This document shows, one piece after another, positions 37,453 to 48,471 of a stretch of DNA of 64,000 bases. Position 1 is the first letter of the stretch; every line of letters begins with the position of its first letter. The notes below the pieces were generated by a model that saw nothing but the letters and a program-made list of their open reading frames with translations, was not told the origin of the DNA and did no database searches. The stretch is taken from contig NC_135809.1 in assembly GCF_964213995.1 (NCBI RefSeq), forward strand, positions 138,756,001-138,820,000, given 5' to 3'. This DNA is from Mustelus asterias. Its lineage: Eukaryota. The position numbers and the translations under genes were made by a program.

Positions 37453-39923
37453 GTGCCAAAGGACTGGAGGATTAGAAATGTTACACAAGGGCAGCCAGGT
37501 TACCGTTGACAATGGGGAAACAAAGCCCATGAGAAAACTAACAGCCAATTGGACAAGTGTGGATATTAAAGGAGAACCAGCAGGGAGTTGTTCAGGGGAA
37601 ATCCTGTTTAATTAACTGGATTGAGGTTTTTATTTGGATGAGGGAAGTGCATTTGATGTTGTGCATGGACTAAAGGAATAGGCAGCAGTGAGATGGATGG
37701 AGATTGAGGTGAAGGGGAGAAAGCAGAGTGTTGTAGTGAGAGGCTGTTTCAGATAGCAGGCCGTACACAGTGGAATTCTCCAGAACTTGTCAGCAATACC
37801 ATCGCACTCCAGCCTGTCAACCTCTCCCATCACGGGGATTATTTCTACTCTAGTTCCCACTTACCGGTTTCTCGGTCATTGTCTCCAGCTAATGTATAAT
37901 CCACCCTTCCAGAAGCATCAATGCCATGGCTCTGTTGGGAGAGAGACACTGCCAACATTCTCCTCCTCCCACCCCACCCCCGCCCACCCTCACTCAACCC
38001 TACCCCCACCTCCCCGCCCCCCACCTCCCCGCCCCCCACCTCCCCACCCCCCACCGGCCCCAAGCCTGTAACATTCCAAAGATGGAACAGTAGCTAAAAT
38101 ATGATGCATATCCTGGGCTGGGATTGAAAAGAGACAAAATGAGTTCATAGAATCATAGAATCATACAGCGGAGAAAAGGCCCTTCAGCCCATCGAGTCTG
38201 CACCGACACATTAAAAACACCTGAATTCCCACCAAATCCCATCTGCCAGCATTTGGTCCATAGCCCTGAATGTTATGATTTACCAAGTGCTCATCCAGAT
38301 ACTTGTTAAAGGATATGAGGCATCCCGCCTCCACCACCCTCCCAGGCAGCGCATTCCAGACCGTCACCACCCTCTGGGTAAAAACGTTTTTCCTCACACC
38401 CCCCCTAAACCTCCTGTCCCTCTCCTTATAAAGGGAAAGACTCTTAGCAGTGTAGAGGATCAGAAGGACCTTGGGGTCCGGGTCCATAGGACTCTAAAAT
38501 CGGCCCCGCAGGTGGAGGAGGTGGTTAAGAAGGCGTATGGTGTGCTGGCCTTTATCAATCGAGGGATTGAGTTTAGGAGTCCAGGGATAATGATGCAGCT
38601 ATATAAGACCCTCGTCAGACCCCACTTGGAGTACTGTGCTCAGTTCTGGTCGCCTCATTTCAGGAAGGATGTGGAAAAGATTGAAAGGGTGCAGAGGAGA
38701 TTTACAAGGATGTTGCCTGGATTGAGTGGCATGCCCTATGAGGATAGATTGAGGGAGCTCGGTCTTTTCTCCTTGGAGAGACGAAGGATGAGAGGAGACC
38801 TAATAGAGGTTTATAAGATGTTGAGAGGTATAGATCGGGTGGACTCTCAGAGGCTTTTTCCCAGGGTGGAAATGTCTGTTACGAGAGGACACAGGTTTAA
38901 GGTGCTTGGGGGTAGGTATAGGGGAGATGTTAGGGGTAAGTTTTTCACACAGAGGGTGGTGGGCGAGTGGAATCGGCTGCCGTCAGTGGTGGTGGAGGCG
39001 AACTCAATAGGGTCTTTTAAGAGACTCCTGGATGAGTACATGGAGCTTAATAGGATGGAGGGTTATAGGTAGGTCTAGAAGGTAGGGATGTGTTCGGCAC
39101 AACTTGTGGGCTGAAGGGTCTGTTTGTGTTGTAGTTTTTCTATGTTTCTATGTTTCTAAAACTATGTCCCCTCGTGACTGACCCTTCAAATAAGGAGAAT
39201 AGTTGCTACCTATCCACTCTGTCCATGTTTCTCATAATCTTGTACACCTCGATCAGGTCGCCCCCTCAGTCTTCTCTACTCCAAAGAAAACAACCCAAGT
39301 CTTTCCAACCGCTCTTCATAACTTAAATGCTCCATCCCAGGCAGCATCCTGGTGAATCTCCTCTGCACCCCCTCCAGTGCAATCACATCCTTCCTATAAT
39401 GTGGTGACCAGAACTGCACACAGTGCTCCAGCTGTGGCCTCACCAAAGTTCTATACAACTCCAACATGGCTTACCTGCTTTTGTAATCTATGCCTCGATT
39501 GATAAAGGCAAGTGTCCCATGTGCCTTTTTCACCACCCTATTAACATACCCTTCCACTTTCAGAGATCTGTGGACAAACACACCAAGGTCCCTTTGTTAA
39601 CAGAACTTCCCAGTGTCCTACCATTCATTTTATACTTCCTTGTCAAATTACTCCTTCCAAAGTGCATCACCTCACACTTTTCAGGGTTAAATTCCATCTG
39701 CCACTTAGTCTATTTGACCATTTAGTCTATATCTTCTCATAGCCCAAGACACTCCTCCAAGTTCACCACCTGGCCAATCTTTGTGTTATCCGCAAACTTA
39801 CTAATCCTACCCCCCAAATAGTCATCAATGTCATTTACATAAATGATGAAAAGCCCAACACAGATGAAAAGCACAACACAGATCGTTGTGGTACACCACT
39901 GGACACTGGCTTCCAGTCACTAA

Positions 39924-42370
39924 TAAGTCCCACAACACCAGGTTAAAGTCCAACAGGTTTATTTGGCAGCACAAGCTTTCGGAGCGCTGCTCCTTCATCA
40001 GGTGAGTAAGGACTGGTGTTCACAAACAGGGCATATACAGACACAAACTTAATTTACAAGATAATGGTTGGAATGCGAGTCTTTACACATAATCCAGTCT
40101 TAAAGGTACAGACAACCGGAGCCTTCAACATGTCATCGATGAAGATGAAGCCACTGAGACTCTGCAGGTCCAGGCAAGCTGTGGGGGTTACAGATAGTGT
40201 GACATGAACCCAATGTCCCAGTTGAGGCCGTCCTCATGTGTGCGGAACTTGGCTATCAGTTTCTGCTCAGCGATTCTGCGCTGTCGTGTGTCATGAAGGC
40301 CGCCTTGGAGAACGCTTACCTGAATATCAGAGGCCGAATGCCCGTGACCGCTGAAGTTCGACAGTTTCGACGTGCCACAGCGAAAAACCGCACCGACCTC
40401 CTCAGAAGACAAACACGGGACACGGTGGACAGAGTACCCTTCGTCGTCCAGTACTTCCCCGGAGCGGAGAAGCTACGGCATCTCCTCTGGAGCCTTCAAC
40501 ATGTCATTGATGAAGACGAACATCTCGCCAAGGCCATCCCCACACCCCCACTTCTTGCCTTCAAACAACCGCACAACCTCAAACAGACCATTGTCCGCAG
40601 CAAACTACCCAGCCTTCAGGAGAACAGTGACCACGACACCACACAACCCTGCCACAGCAACCTCTGCATGACGTGCCGGATCATCGACACAGATGCCATC
40701 ATCTCACGTGAGAACACCATCCACCAGGTACACGGTACATACTCTTGCAACTTGGCCAATGTTGTCTACCTGATACGCTGCAGGAAAGGATGTCCCGAGG
40801 CATGGTACATTGGGGAAACCATGCAGACGCTGCGACAACGGATGAATGAACGCCGCTCGACAATCACCAGGCAAGACTGTTCTCTTCCTGTTGGGGAGCA
40901 CTTCAGCGGTCACGGGCATTCAGCCTCTGATCTTCGGGTAAGCGTTCTCCAAGGCGGCCTTCATGACACACGACAGCGCAGAGTCGCTGAGCAGAAACTG
41001 ATAGCCAAGTTCCGCACACATGAGGACGGCCTCAACCGGGATATTGGGTTCATGTCACACTATCTGTAATCCCCACAGCTTGCCTGGACCTGCAGAGTCT
41101 CACTGGCTGTTCTGTCTGGAGACAATACACATCTCTTCTCTCTCCACTCACATTGTTTGTATCTTAAAGACTTGATTAGCTGTAAGTGTTCGCATTCCAA
41201 CCATTATTCTGTAAATTGAGCTTGCGTCTTTATATGCCCTGTTTGTGAACAGAATTCCCACTCACCTGAAGAAGGAGCTTAAGGCTCCGAAAGCTTGTGG
41301 CTTTTGCTACCAAATAAACCTGTTGGACTTTAACCTGGTGTTGTTAAACTTCTTACTGTGTTTACCCAAGTCCAACGCCGGCATCTCCACATCATGACTA
41401 CCTGATACACTGCAGGGAAGGATGTCCCGAGGCATGGTACATTGGGGAGAGCATGCAGACGCTACGACAACGGATGAATGAACACCGCTCGACAATCACC
41501 AGGCAGAAGTGTTCCCTTCCAGTCGGGGAACACTTCAGCAGTCACGGGCATTCAGCCTCTGATCTTTGGGTAAGCGTTCTTCAAGGCAGCCTTCACGACA
41601 CATGACAATGCAGAATCGCTGAGCAGAGACTGATAGCCAAGTTCCGCACACATGAGGATGGCCTCAACCGGGATCTTGGGTTCATGTCACACTATCTGTA
41701 ACCCCCACGACTAGCCTGGGCTTGCAAAATCTCACTAACCGTCCTAGCTGGGAACAATCGGGTGGATTCTCGGAGGCTTTTTCCCAGGGCTGAAATGGCT
41801 GCTATGAGAGGACACAGGTTTAAGGTGCTGGGGAGTAGGTACAGAGGAGATGTCAGGGGTAAGTTTTTTACTCAGAGGGTGGTGGGTGAGTGGAATCGGC
41901 TGCCGTCGGTGGTGGTGGAGGCAAACTTGATAGGGTCTTTTAAGAGACTTCTGGATGAGTACATGGGACTGAATAGGATTGAGGGTTATAGGTAAGCCTA
42001 TATATAAGCCTAGGTAGGTAGGGACATGACCGGCGCAACTTGTGGGCCGAAGGCCCTGTTTGTGCTGTATTTTTTCTATGTTCTATGTTCTAATACACAT
42101 CTCTTTAACCTGTGCTTAACCCTCTCTCCACTCACATTGTCTGTACCTTTAAGGCATGATTACCTGTAAAGACTCGCATTCCAACCATTATCTTGTAAAT
42201 TGAGTTTGTGTCTATATATGCCCTGTTTGTGAACACAAGTTCTCACTCACCTGATGAAGGAGCAGCGCTCCAAAAGCTAGTGCTGCCAAATAAACCTGTT
42301 GGACTTTAACCTGGTGTTGTGATACTTCTTACTGTGCTTACCCCAGTCCAACGCCAGCATCTGCACATCA
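39924..42370 (+). mobile_element. Compound Penelope-like retroelement: inverted pLTR pieces, GIY-YIG endonuclease ORF (to 41069) and tandem pLTRs; CR1 3' end inserted at about 41757-42091
   Basis: NVVYLIRC..WYIGET..LRQRMNE..EHF..EQKLI..GLN motifs; near-perfect 13-bp TSD TTCCAG(T/C)CACTAA at 39911-39923 and 42371-42383. Confidence 0.92.
41263..41299 (+). ncRNA. Minimal type I hammerhead ribozyme motif in the PLE pLTR (also 39970-40004 on -, and a mutated copy at 42248-42282)
   Basis: CAC-CTGAAGA-A-GGAGC(ttaag)GCTCC-GAAA-GC-TT-GTG. Confidence 0.7.
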
Positions 42371-42861
42371 TTCCAGCCACTAAAGCAGCCTTCTGTCATC
42401 ACTCTCTGTCTCCTACAACTGAGCTAATTTTGAATCTACTTTATCGAATTACCCTGTATCCCATGTGAATTTACCTTCTTTACAAGTCTCCCATGTGGGA
42501 CCTTGTCAAAGGCTTTACTGAGTTGGGTGAAGATTTATTGCAACTGAAGTTTAGTACAAAGGTTGAAAGCAATTACAGCTTGCACATTACAAAAAATCAA
42601 TGTACAATGTTTTCATCATTTAATAACAAAATATCTTCACAACCTAAAGTAATTGAATTTTGAAATATAAAGCGAAGGTCATTTTTAATTGTTGATTGAT
42701 CAGACAGATTCCAGGGAAAAGCAGCATCTTGGCAGCTATATAAAAAGTTGCAGAGTGGTTAGCACAATCCATGGTCATCAATGTTGTGATAAATCTTCCA
42801 ATTCTAATATTATCTCATGTTTCTTTCCTTTGCAAGGGTTACCAGCTCCTCCAGTGCAGAA

Positions 42862-44421
42862 ATGTCCCTGCGAATGGTTTCCCACAGCACCAACACTAAT
42901 CTCATCTACGCTGGATTCTCACTATTCAATTTCCGTGATGAAGTCTTTCTCTTTGGTCAGAAAGGGTGGCCAAAGAGGTCCTGCAGCACAGGCATTTTCC
43001 TTCTTCATCTCAAAGGCCACATTTTCAAACTGAAAGCAGTTTCATTTTCTCCTGATTCCTGCTACCTCCCCCCTCTGCGCTGTCCCGCAGTAACTCATTA
43101 CTCTGACCCCTCAGAATCAAACAGCCTCTTCTACCTCATCCACGGTGGGAGAGATCCGAATAGCGAGTTGTCCAATTTGCTTTACTCCATGATGGTTCAC
43201 AGCAGCACTGGGAATAAGAGAACTTTGCTTTGCTGCATTGAAAAGAATTTGAAAGGGGACGTCCCTCAGGGAAGATATGGTCACAGCCTCAATGTGATTC
43301 AGAACAAGGGGCAAACCCTGGGCATCTTGTTTGGGGGCAGAAGTTACCGGCCCCCAGGGCAAAGAACCACAGAAAACTGGAACAGCGTGGTCGATTGTTC
43401 ACCAGAGGTTTTTCTGATTGATATAAACACGGGTCACTGCACTTCACATCTGATCCCAGAAATAGACGCTGGCTTTTCATTTCATGTCTCTATTGCAAAA
43501 AATGACACAGTCTACATACTCGGCGGCCATTCGATTGAAAACAACCATCGCCCTTCAAGACTACTGAGTCTTAAAGTCGATCTGTTGGGGGTCTCTTCCA
43601 GTGTAAAGTGTACAATATTTAATAGTGGCATTGCTGTCTCCAGTGGAATAGTGACCCAAGCGAGCTCAGATGAATTCATCATTGTCGGTGGTTATGAGTC
43701 AGAGAGCCAGAAGAGAATGGTTTGTAACACCATCATTCTGGAGGATGATAACATTCAGATTCTGGAGAGGGAGCCCCCAGAATGGTCGAATGACATTAAA
43801 GCAAGTAAAACCTGGTTTGGGAGCAACATGGGAAATAGTGCAGTGTTAATTGGCATCCCAGGAGAAAGCAAACAAAATACAACTGATGCAAACTTCTTCT
43901 ACATTGTAAATTTCGGACAGTTGGAGGAAGAAAGCCAAGTTTCTGCAAGCCAGGAATCCTTCACTGATCCCGAAGAATGCAGCACACTCGAAGATTCAGA
44001 AGAATTTACCTTTGAAGTGGAGGCTGAGGGCTCTGATGATGCAGAGAATTTGGATAATGGCGATGAGGAAGGTTACTGGATTAAATGCAGCCCAACCTGC
44101 AATGTGAACGTTAACATCTGGGTTCCGTATTACTCCACCGAATTCAACAAGCCTGCGATGATTTTCTGCTCCAGTGGCGGGGATGATGGGCACTGGGTAC
44201 ATGCCCAGTGCATGGATCTCACAGAATCTCAGCTCATCCAGTTTTCTCAGGAAAACACCAAGTATTTTTGTAAAGAGCATCACATTGACAGAGGAATTCA
44301 AACTCCACAAAATAAAAAACAGATAAAGCGAACCCCAATAAAATCTCCACGTAAGAAATCACCCGCAACTCTGAAGAGGACTCCGATGAAGAAGAGTTTT
44401 CTGAAGAGACTGTTTGATTGA
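42862..44421 (+). CDS. RAG2: V(D)J recombination-activating protein 2 (519 aa, single coding exon)
   Basis: Kelch-core motifs (FGQKGWPKRSCSTGIF, YLPPLRCPA, RYGHS, FGGRSY, RTTENWNSVVDC), acidic hinge (EDSEEF), PHD finger (GYWIKC..PAMIFC..HWVHAQCMDL..YFCKEH) and C-terminus KKSFLKRLFD. The start is taken as MSLRM at 42862 because a splice acceptor (ttctttcctttgcaAG, 42835-42836) lies just upstream. Confidence 0.98.
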   Translation: MSLRMVSHSTNTNLIYAGFSLFNFRDEVFLFGQKGWPKRSCSTGIFLLHLKGHIFKLKAVSFSPDSCYLPPLRCPAVTHYSDPSESNSLFYLIHGGRDPNSELSNLLYSMMVHSSTGNKRTLLCCIEKNLKGDVPQGRYGHSLNVIQNKGQTLGILFGGRSYRPPGQRTTENWNSVVDCSPEVFLIDINTGHCTSHLIPEIDAGFSFHVSIAKNDTVYILGGHSIENNHRPSRLLSLKVDLLGVSSSVKCTIFNSGIAVSSGIVTQASSDEFIIVGGYESESQKRMVCNTIILEDDNIQILEREPPEWSNDIKASKTWFGSNMGNSAVLIGIPGESKQNTTDANFFYIVNFGQLEEESQVSASQESFTDPEECSTLEDSEEFTFEVEAEGSDDAENLDNGDEEGYWIKCSPTCNVNVNIWVPYYSTEFNKPAMIFCSSGGDDGHWVHAQCMDLTESQLIQFSQENTKYFCKEHHIDRGIQTPQNKKQIKRTPIKSPRKKSPATLKRTPMKKSFLKRLFD

Positions 44422-44694
44422 AAATGTGAAACCTTTAGGTTTAATCGGAGACTTGGAAATGGTTAACAATTTGCAGCAATTTAGAAATTAACCTTTGGGG
44501 TCACGGCTATATTTGTGCATTCTGATATCCATCTTATTTTAAATTTATCATTGCACAAAAATAGCCAACATAATTGTATGGTCTCGATATGCTTCACACA
44601 ACAAATATTCAGCTAAAAGTCCTCTCAGTGTTAGCATCGTATAGTTTACATTGAACAAAACATAAAGACTGTACCAAGATTTGAACTCTTGTTA

Positions 44695-44700
44695 AATAAA
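44695..44700 (+). terminator. Probable RAG2 polyadenylation signal
   Basis: AATAAA about 275 nt after the stop codon, immediately before TE sequence begins. Confidence 0.55.
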
Positions 44701-44734
44701 ACAATGTCCATTTTCCTATTTAACAAAAAGATCT

Positions 44735-45305
44735 AAGACCATTGGACCATAAGACCATAAGACATAGGAGCAGAATTAGGTCACTTGGCCCATCAAGTCT
44801 GCTCTGCCATTCAATCATGGCTGATATTTTTCTCATCCCCATTCTCCTGCCTTTTCCCCACAACTCCTGATCCTCTTATTAATCAAGAACCTACCTATCT
44901 CTGTCTTAAAGACACTCAATGACCTGGCCTCCACATCCTTCTGGAGTAAAGAGTTCCACAGATTCACCACTCTCTGACTGAAGAAATTCCTCCTCATCTC
45001 TGTTTTAAAGGATCGTCCCTTTAGCCTGAGGTTGTGCCCTCTGGTTCTAGTTTTCCTACTAATGGAAACATCCTCTCCACGTCCACTCTATCCAGGCCTC
45101 GCAGTATCCTATAAGTTTCAATAAGATCCCCCCTCTCATCCTTCTAAACTCCAACCAGTACAGACCCAGAGTCCTCAACTGTTCTTCATACGACAAGCTC
45201 TTCATTCCAGCGATCATTCTTGTGAACCTCCTCTGGACCTTTTCCAAGGCCAGCACATCCTTCCTTAGATATGGGGCCCAAAACTGCTCACAATACTCCA
45301 AATCT
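44735..45305 (-). mobile_element. CR1 3' fragment
   Basis: LEYCEQFWAPYLRKD motif and CR1 tail. Confidence 0.9.
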
Positions 45306-45705
45306 AGAATTGCCATGTGACAATATCACTGTACTGTGCAGAAGTAAAATATGCTTCATTAGAGAGGGTGCAGAATAGATTCACGAGAAAGGTTCCAGGG
45401 ATATAGATAGATTGGAAAAGTTGGGACTGTTTTTTCTCCTGGAAGATGAGGCTGAGAGGTTTGATAACAGAATTAAAAATCATGAGGAGTCTGGTCAGAA
45501 CAGGGAGAGTCACAGAGTCATATAGTGCAGAAAAGGCCATTCAGCCCATCGAGGTCTGCACCAACAATAACAACAACTAAAAGCACGCTAATCCCATTTA
45601 CCAGATATGAAGAAACTGTTCCCATTGGTGGAAGGATCAAGAGGAAAGTGCAAATGTTTAAGGTAATTGGCAAATGAAGCAATGTCGACATGAGGAGAAA
45701 ATTTA

Positions 45706-46170
45706 TCACGAGTGGTTAGGATCTGAAACTATCTGAGAGTGTGGTGGAGACAGATTCATACACCGAGTGATTAAGGTCTGGAATGCACCGTCTGAGAGTG
45801 TGGTGGAGACAGATTGACACAATGAGTGGTTAGGATCTGGAATACACTGTCTGAGAGTGTGGTGGAGACAGATTCGCACAGCGAGTGGTTAGGATCAGAA
45901 TGTACTGTCTGAGAGTGTGGTGGAGACAGATTCACACAGCGAGTGGTTAGGATCTGGAATGCACTGTCTGAGAGTGTGGTGGAGACAGATTGACACAATG
46001 AGTGGTTAGGATCTGGAATGCACTGTCTGAGAGTGTGGTGGAGACAGATTCACACAGCGAGTGGTTAGGATCTGGAATGCACTGTCTGAGAGTGTGGTGG
46101 AGACAGATTCACACAGCGAGTGGTTAGGATCTGGAATGCACTGTCTGGGAGTGTGGTGGAGACAGATTCA
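45706..46170 (+). repeat. 59-bp minisatellite (about 8 copies) derived from a CR1 ORF2 C-terminal segment
   Basis: Unit cacacagcgagtggttaggatctggaatgcactgtctgagagtgtggtggagacagatt translates as TQRVVRIWNALSESVVETD; flanked by degenerate CR1 sequence. Confidence 0.9.
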
Positions 46171-47223
46171 ATGAAAATATTCAGAGACCATTGATTACTC
46201 TCTGAAATGGAAGAGTGTGCAGGGCTATGGGGAGAAGGTAGGAGAGTGACACAAGGTGAATTGCTCCTTCAGACAGCTGGCACAGACACAATGGGCCAAA
46301 TGGCCTCCCTCAATGCTGTATTTATTGTGATTCTATATTCATCTGGAAGTCTGAGCTACTCAGCCGGTCAGGCAGTATCTGTGGTTATGAAATCTGTTTC
46401 TCTCACCGCCTGCGGGGTAAGTATTGTCTGCTCTTATTTCGACTTTGCTACAAATTGCACAAGATTCTCAATGTACAGGGAAGCAGAGTCATTTATAAAA
46501 TAATCATTATTATATAAACTGGAATATTTAAACGAGTCTGTGCAGAAACATTGGATGTTTGTTGTCTGAACATTTTGTAAATTTAGCTCCAATATTTTGG
46601 TGATGTCACTGCTTTAATATTGGGTGCACAAAACAAGGCTGAAAATGTACTTTTGGTGCTGTGTTTGTTCAAACAACCATAATTAACTTTACTCCTCTGG
46701 TGCTAATTCTGTAAAGAAATAAAAATAATCATCACACTCTGGAATGTTTTTTTACTTCAGAGCAGCAAATCACCATCAACACCGGTAGCACAGTGGGTAG
46801 CACTGCTGCTTCACAGCTCCAGGGACCCGGGGCGGCACGGTAGCACAGTGGGTAGCACTGCTGCTTCACAGCTCCAGGGACCTGGGTTCAATTCCCGGCT
46901 TTGGTCACTGTCTGTGTGGAGTTTACACATTCTCCTCGTGTCTGCGTGGGTTTCCTCCGGGTCCTCCAGTTTCCTCCCACAGTCCAAAGATGTGCAGGTT
47001 AGGTTGATTGGCCGTGCTAAAAAAAAATTGCCCCTTAGTGTCCTGAGATGCGTAGGTTGGAGGGATTTGCGGGTAAATATGTAGGGATATGGGGTAGGGC
47101 CTGGGTGGGATTGTGGTTCGTGCAGACTCGATGGGCCGAATGGCCTCTTTCTGTACTGTAGGGTTTCTATGATTCTATGAACAGCAACTCTGACACACAC
47201 CAACCCACCAAGACCCCGACCTT

Positions 47224-48471
47224 AACATAAGAACATAAGAAATAGGAGCAGGAGTAGGCCATCTAGCCCCTCGAGCCTGCCCCGCCATTCAATAAGATCA
47301 TGGCTGATCTGAAGTGGATCAGTTCCACTTACCCATCTGATCCCTATAAGGGGGTAGTGTGTTAAAGTGGATTGGGGACTGGCTATCCGACAGGAAGCAA
47401 AGAGTCGGAATAAATGGGTGTTTTTCCGGTTGGAGGAAGGTAACTAGTGGCGTGCCGCAGGGATCGGTACTCGGGCCGCAACTGTTTACCATTTATATAG
47501 ATGATCTGGAGGAGGGGACGGAGTGTAGGGTAACGAAGTTTGCAGACGACACAAAGATAAGTGGAAAAGTGAATTGTGTGGAGGACGGAGAAGATCTGCA
47601 GAGAGATTTGGACAGGCTGAGTGAGTGGGCGAGGATATGGCAAATGGAGTATAACGTTGAGAAATGCGAGGTTATACACTTTGGAGGAAATAATAACAAA
47701 TGGGATTACTATCTCAATGGAAACAAATTAAAACATGCTACCGTGCAAAGGGACCTGGGGGTCCTTGTGCATGAGACGCAAAAGCCCAGTCTGCAGGTAC
47801 AACAGGTGATCAAGAAGGCAAATGGGATGTTGGCCTATATTGCGAAGGGCATAGAATATAAAAGCAGGGATGTCTTGATGCACCTGTACAGGGCATTGGT
47901 GAGGCCGCAGCTGGAATACTGTGTGCAGTATTGGTCCCCTTATATGAGGAAGGATATATTGGCATTGGAGGGAGTGCAGAGAAGGTTCACCAGGTTGATA
48001 CCGGAGATGAGGGGTTTGGATTATGAGGAGAGGCTGAGGAGATTGGGTTTGTACTCGTTGGAGTTTAGAAGGATGAGGGGGGATCTTATGGAGACTTATA
48101 AGATAATGCGGGGGCTGGATAGGGTGGAGGCGGAGAGATTCTTTCCACTTAGTAAGGAAGTTAAAACTAGAGGACACAGCCTCAAAATAAAGGGGGGTCG
48201 GTTTAAGACAGAGTTGAGGAGGAACTTCTTCTCCCAGAGGGTGGTGAATCTCTGGAATTCTCTGCCCACTGAGGTGGTGGAGGCTACCTCGCTGAATATG
48301 TTTAAAGCGCGGATGGATGGATTCCTGAGCGGTAAGGGAATTAAGGGTTATGGGGATCAGGCGGGTAAGTGGTACTGATCCACGTCAGATCAGCCATGAT
48401 CTTATTGAATGGCGGGGCAGGCTCGAGGGGCTAGATGGCCTACTCCTGCTCCTATTTCTTATGTTCTTATG
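47224..48471 (+). mobile_element. CR1 LINE (ORF 47359-48378) preceded by an inverted copy of the same family's 3' end (47224-47350)
   Basis: RT motifs; about 125-bp imperfect inverted termini. Confidence 0.92.

Larger units (their letters stand above)
38145..42520 (-). mobile_element. Old CR1 (-) split by a younger CR1 (+, 38426-39157) and by a Penelope complex (39924-42370)
   Basis: Host pieces at 38145-38425, 39158-39923 and 42371-42520 are collinear. Confidence 0.85.

Noticed and set aside
37960-38062. Poly-proline ORF / C-rich tract
   Set aside because: Low-complexity tract; G-quadruplex potential on the - strand but no other evidence of function.
42817-42861. 15-aa N-terminal extension of RAG2 in the ORF track
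   Set aside because: Overlaps the polypyrimidine tract and acceptor; the conserved start is MSLRM at 42862.
45706-46170. CRISPR-like regular repeat
   Set aside because: No unique spacers; eukaryotic minisatellite derived from CR1.
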